Origin: Rhodosorus marinus CCMP1338
Lineage: Eukaryota; Plantae; Rhodophyta
DNA length: 64,000 nt
Reading direction: 5' to 3'
NCBI GenBank assembly: GCA_029953675.1
Contig: JAMWBK010000001.1
Coordinates: forward strand, 3,348,001 to 3,412,000
In this document: positions 60,834 to 64,000 of the stretch, in pieces
Layout of the letters: the number at the start of each line of letters is the position of its first letter
Position numbering within the stretch: the stretch's first letter is position 1
Made by a program: the position numbers and the translations under genes
Notes under the pieces: model-generated
Database searches by the model: none
Told to the model about the DNA's origin: nothing
What the model saw: the letters and a program-made list of their open reading frames with translations, nothing else

Positions 60834-63675
60834 TTTTCTTTCAGAATTGCAGCCCTAGTAAACAACTTTTTACAACCGGAGGTGACGGTATGCCGTATAG
60901 AGCGACGAGACTGAGTACTTACCAAGAGCCGCTTCCCTTCCCCTACCCTAATTCTCCCAGATTTCCCTCGCAGGTAGCGTAGCCCTGCTTACTCGTGCCA
61001 CCGAATGGAAATGCAAAATTGACTGAAGTAGAGTGCCCTACCCCTATACCACTTCAGCGGGACGAACATTATATTCATAATAAGAAAAATATTGACAGCT
61101 TATGCGAGGTATTTACCCCTCATGAGTTTGCCACCAGCAACGCAATATTGATTGATGTTGAACTACCATTTACACTCGTAAAGGACGCCTCGTCATGGAA
61201 CGAAGATTGTTTTTAGAGATATTTAAATTCACATCTGCGCCTTTCGACGGGTGAATAACATGAAATTTCGTCCCAGTTGCGTCTGCGAAATGAAGGTTAA
61301 GAATACTGAGGCAATCTCATCGAAAGGGGCATCACTCGGGTACAGCCAATCGACCTCTTGCTCTACGTATCTACTTCGTCCAAGACGTAATTTTATTGGT
61401 CCGAAGGAGATACACAGTATCTTAATTGGATCACACACGACGTTGAGATATTTTACGAGAAAACAATCGTATCTTAATATGCATTGAAAATTCTTTGGGT
61501 AGGGAAAATATTTGGAAAAAAATCCTGGGTGGGGGGACAGATGTCGGACGGTAACACAAAAACGTGGAGAGGAATTGGGAAGGTGGTATTGCTGAGGTTG
61601 ATGGCGGTGAACAAGTCCAACGTGTATACCGATGAAACGTCGTCTGGCAACGTAGGGGGCGTAGAGCTAGCCTGGTTGAAGGCGGCCGATAGGAGGAACC
61701 AGTTGGATGACAAGTAACAGGACACTACTAGAGTCTTCTACCTGTAAGGCAGTGCACAGTGCTGGTGTGCGCAACCGCACCTTTCGGTGGAAGGCGGTTA
61801 GTCGCCTCGACTTCCCAACTCGGTTTGCATAGCCTGGCGTTAAGTGAAACGTCACTGGGCGTGAAGACACGCCCAGTTCGGGATATAGGAAACTCTCTCG
61901 GGTAGAGGACCTGGAGCTTTCCAAGAGGGGACGTAGACAGTAGATGAGTTCCGTATTTGCTTCGTTGACTTGTTTAGACAGAAAACTTGCTGAGCGACTG
62001 TAGGGCTCAGAGCTCCTTTGGCTAATCCGAAACAGACACGTCCTAGGCAGCATTCGAGGCGGATGACTCTGGTTGGGCACCACCAAGGAGCTCTTTCAGT
62101 AACGCGTTTATGACTGCACATTTGACTTCTGCGTATTGAATGGGCAGGCTCAATTCAACATCAGGGTTTGAGGCTACCAAGTCCGCTGCCTACTGTGCCC
62201 CGCCGATAATCTTATTCGTAAGTGGCTGTTGCAAACTACCATAGGCTCGACTTTGCTCGAAATCATAGTGCTTGTCAGGATCCTGGTTGGAACTCCGGCG
62301 ACCACTGAATCGCGCACTACTATCTATTGCTTCGACGCTTCCCGTTCTGATCAACAGTTACGACCAATTCCGCGCTACTATATTGGCCAAAGTTCGGCTT
62401 CAAGAACGAAGTTTTCACAGTTGTTTGCTCCTCACGGACACGGTTGTCCTAAACGGACGTTCCCAAGCACCGAGCCGAATTCGTTTGGTCTGCCTAGCCA
62501 TACGAATCTAAAACGTCGTGACGTGACTTAGAGAGCCAGCAGCCCTCTCAACGGTTGCACTACCTGGCAATGTTGGAACCCCACGCTTACGTTCATTTGC
62601 TACGCATCCTCCAAGCACCAATCAAACTTGAGAGTGAGCGATCAAAACGAGAACCGGTCCGTACCATCTTTTCCTCAGATCGTTAGACGATCAACGACTC
62701 CATTCCACTTACCACAAGCGGGTCTGCTACTTCTCACGCAGTCGGTGGCATGGGTAGTCAGGAAATCTCGGAGAATTAGGGTGGGGGAGGGGAAGCGGCT
62801 CTTGGTACGTACTCAGCCAAAATTTGCCACATACCTGGACATCCACACCAGAACGCTAGAGCGCATCATGTGCAAAGCGTAAGCTACCGTTGATCCTCCG
62901 AGTAGGGAGTTTCAACCTATCTCTGATCAGGGAATGCACATTAACGGACTCCCAACAAAGCCTGCCGTCAGTTACCCTCCCCCCCCGCAAACTAAGTCTA
63001 GCCCAATTTTCTAAATCACCCTCCTAGGACTTGACATCATTTGATACATTCCAATAAACATAATTTTCACACTCCTTATCGATCGAACAACTTCTCCATA
63101 ACCCCCTGATTACATTTATTTTGGAGAGAGGATGGACTTCTCCTTTGCGCCATACTCAGAATCGGGGTGGTAAACACCATTCCATCGTTAAACCGATCAA
63201 CGACAATTCTGATGAAAGTTCTTCATTTGTTTCGTAAAAAAGCTAAATATATCGTCCCAAATAACCTTCTCTGTCGTCTTAACCAATGCATATCATCGTA
63301 TATACAGATACATTACAACAGAAACCCACCCCCCCGAAAAGGGGGGGGTAGCCTGTTTCACCAGTGCAAGCGCATCCCTGGCCAACAAAAAACTTCTAAA
63401 TTTTAATATTCCGCTGGCTTATTGGCCTGACTTATGGACCACGAGCGGAAGGTTTTTTTTGTCCCCATTAGCATTCGAGACAAATGGAATTTTGGCATAC
63501 GAAAATATGGTGAAAATTGTATGATAATATTAGTAAATAATATTTAGTGCTATATACAAGGGGTAGGGCGTAGTTTGGTGTAAGCGGTTTGCGAGTGTTT
63601 GGGCTGATTTTCTTGATGGGGGAAAAAGATGGGAGTTTTTGAGGAGGATGCGGAGGGTAGAAGTGAGGATTGCGA

Positions 63676-63812
63676 GAGATTGGGGTTGAGGAGGTGGGGA
63701 GGTTGGGAGATGGGGTTGAGGGGGATGGGGAGGTTGGGAGATGGGGTTGAGGGGGATGGGGAGGCTGGGAGATGGGGTTGAGGTGGTGGGGAGGTTGGAA
63801 GATGGGGCTGAG
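63676..63812. repeat. G-rich 31-nt tandem repeat, about 4.5 copies
   Basis: Unit ggggaggttgggagatggggttgagggggat; gagatggggttgag-like starts at 63676, 63707, 63738, 63769 and 63799. Confidence 0.9.
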
Positions 63813-64000
63813 ATAGGATTGAGGTGATCTTTTAGAAGGGTCACCGGGAATTTTTGTTTGGAAAGAATACTTAGGAGTTTTCAAGGAGAGTATTAAATGT
63901 TTTGTTTTGGTGGTGGGAATTGTGAAAGGGGTAAGGGGAGGCTCTATGAGGAATCTTGAGGGTTCGGGAGATGTCTGTGGATGAAAATGGGAGAGGAGGG

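Overview
Compact, intron-containing eukaryotic nuclear DNA with short GT-AG introns, mostly about 50-150 nt. A red alga or related lineage is my inference, based on plastid-type transit peptides with an early Phe (MAFL, MDGGCFV, MYGFL) and the gene density. Well-supported genes in order: DUF179/AlgH protein, ARM-like protein, plastid aspartate kinase, Sin3 co-repressor, cytosolic seryl-tRNA synthetase, RPL39, nuclear-encoded mitochondrial-type S19, SGNH/GDSL hydrolase, SprT/GCNA-like protease, PH-domain Ser/Thr kinase, BUB1-like protein, PPR protein, alpha/beta hydrolase, CBS-pair protein, REC8-type kleisin and HDHD3-like HAD hydrolase. Several orphan ORFs are also present. I found no supportable rRNA, tRNA, transposase/RT or CRISPR features. 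The most notable signals are: (1) a 17-18-nt motif array directly upstream of REC8 and next to a TATA box, holding four exact ATGACGT (CRE/M26) heptamers; (2) a BUB1 homolog that keeps the Bub1-type CDI motif but has lost its kinase catalytic residues; (3) an inverted, degenerate PPR-repeat relic near the PPR gene; (4) a 17x Gly-Pro tract in Sin3 with 24-bp higher-order structure; (5) several structured or tandem intergenic and intronic elements. Exon boundaries were read by eye and gene ends are approximate where stated. I cannot demonstrate a new system from sequence alone.
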